A DNA stretch of 64,000 bases, from positions 20,020 to 84,019 of the IMG/VR virus record IMGVR_UViG_3300005439_000017; one strand, given 5' to 3'. This stretch comes from a virus (Duplodnaviria > Caudoviricetes). This document shows positions 63,427 through 64,000 of the stretch, in pieces. Every line of letters starts with the position of its first letter. The first letter of the stretch is position 1. Below the pieces are notes generated by a model. The model made no database searches. It was not told where the DNA came from and saw only the letters and a program-made list of their open reading frames with translations. The position numbers were made by a program, and so were the translations under genes.

Positions 63427-63597
63427 ATGAAAAAAATTTACATGATATTAATGTTAACTATCCTAATTTTTGGATTAGGAATGGTTTTAGTATGTATACA
63501 AGATAAACAAATGGGAATGATCAATTGGTTAGCTTTGATTCTATTTGAATTCGGACTACAAGGATTACTTGAATTACTTTTTAGAAAAATAAAATAA
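63427..63597 (+). CDS. Small two-TM protein (56 aa)
   Basis: MKKIYMILMLTILIFGLGMVLV..., below the track cutoff. Confidence 0.5.
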   Translation: MKKIYMILMLTILIFGLGMVLVCIQDKQMGMINWLALILFEFGLQGLLELLFRKIK

Positions 63598-63605
63598 ATA
63601 ATAAA

Positions 63606-63824
63606 ATGGTGGATGATATACTTATATGTCAAGATAAATTTAAAGACTTATCTTTGAGAGATTGGTTTGCTGGGTTAGCTTTACAAGCACTATTATCTAA
63701 TACTTATATAACTAAACTAGTAGATGAAGCAAGTGAAGATGATGAGATAGTGGATTTTACAGAACATATTACTGAATTAGCTTATACAACAGCTGATAAC
63801 ATGTTAAAACAAAAAGAAAAATGA
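63606..63824 (+). CDS. Widespread small phage protein (LRDxFA family)
   Basis: LSLRDWFAGLALQALL...AY.TADNML motif. Confidence 0.7.
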   Translation: MVDDILICQDKFKDLSLRDWFAGLALQALLSNTYITKLVDEASEDDEIVDFTEHITELAYTTADNMLKQKEK

Positions 63825-63994
63825 CAATACTTTTATCTTTACTAGTATTAGCAGGTCTAATAATAGTAACTGTAGCAGCATTGGCTGCAAGAGAAGAAGA
63901 ATCAAATGTAACATATTCAGAACATAAACTGAATATTACACTATACGATAAATACAAAAATTGGGATTCTAAACATTGCCCTTATTATGAGTGA
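63821..63994 (+). CDS. Small membrane-anchored protein (57 aa)
   Basis: MTILLSLLVLAGLIIVTVAALAAREEE, with ATGA overlap. Confidence 0.5.
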   Translation: MTILLSLLVLAGLIIVTVAALAAREEESNVTYSEHKLNITLYDKYKNWDSKHCPYYE

Positions 63995-64000
63995 TATAAC

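Noticed and set aside
1-64000. Stop-codon reassignment or suppressor tRNA, as seen in some crAss-like phages
   Set aside because: Core genes are intact in the standard code, gene packing is tight, and no CTA or TCA anticodon tRNA was found.

Overview
This is an AT-rich genome segment of a crAss-like (Crassvirales-related) podovirus infecting Bacteroidota. It contains two divergent blocks. The minus strand (about 51.45 kb leftward) carries a SET-domain protein, class II RNR, tRNA-fMet, GroES, HU/IHF-like proteins, a terminase with a class-3 LAGLIDADG intein, portal, scaffold, major capsid, ring, hub, fibre and muzzle proteins, holin and GH24 lysozyme, tRNA-Trp, an HNH nuclease, and the ejected-protein cassette. 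That cassette includes a ~3,580-aa virion RNA polymerase (DFDID) fused to ART-like and zincin domains, followed by a further large ORF that runs off the left edge and is missing from the ORF track. Host-type Bacteroidota promoters (TTG-N19-20-TAnnTTTG) drive this strand. The plus strand (from 51.64 kb) is an early/accessory region of small and membrane ORFs interleaved with many RNA elements: tmRNA, tRNA-Ile2/Met, tRNA-Arg, a circularly permuted tRNA-like (YrlA/Y-RNA-like) module, a 160-nt tRNA-ended RNA, and several ORF-free structured blocks. The strongest leads are (1) three dispersed small paralogous early genes, each with an adenine-depleted, codon-position-1/2-hypervariable patch typical of DGR variable regions (no RT or template repeat found in this window), and (2) the set of tRNA-mimic ncRNAs. 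All helices and motifs were read by eye, and no database searches or folding programs were run.
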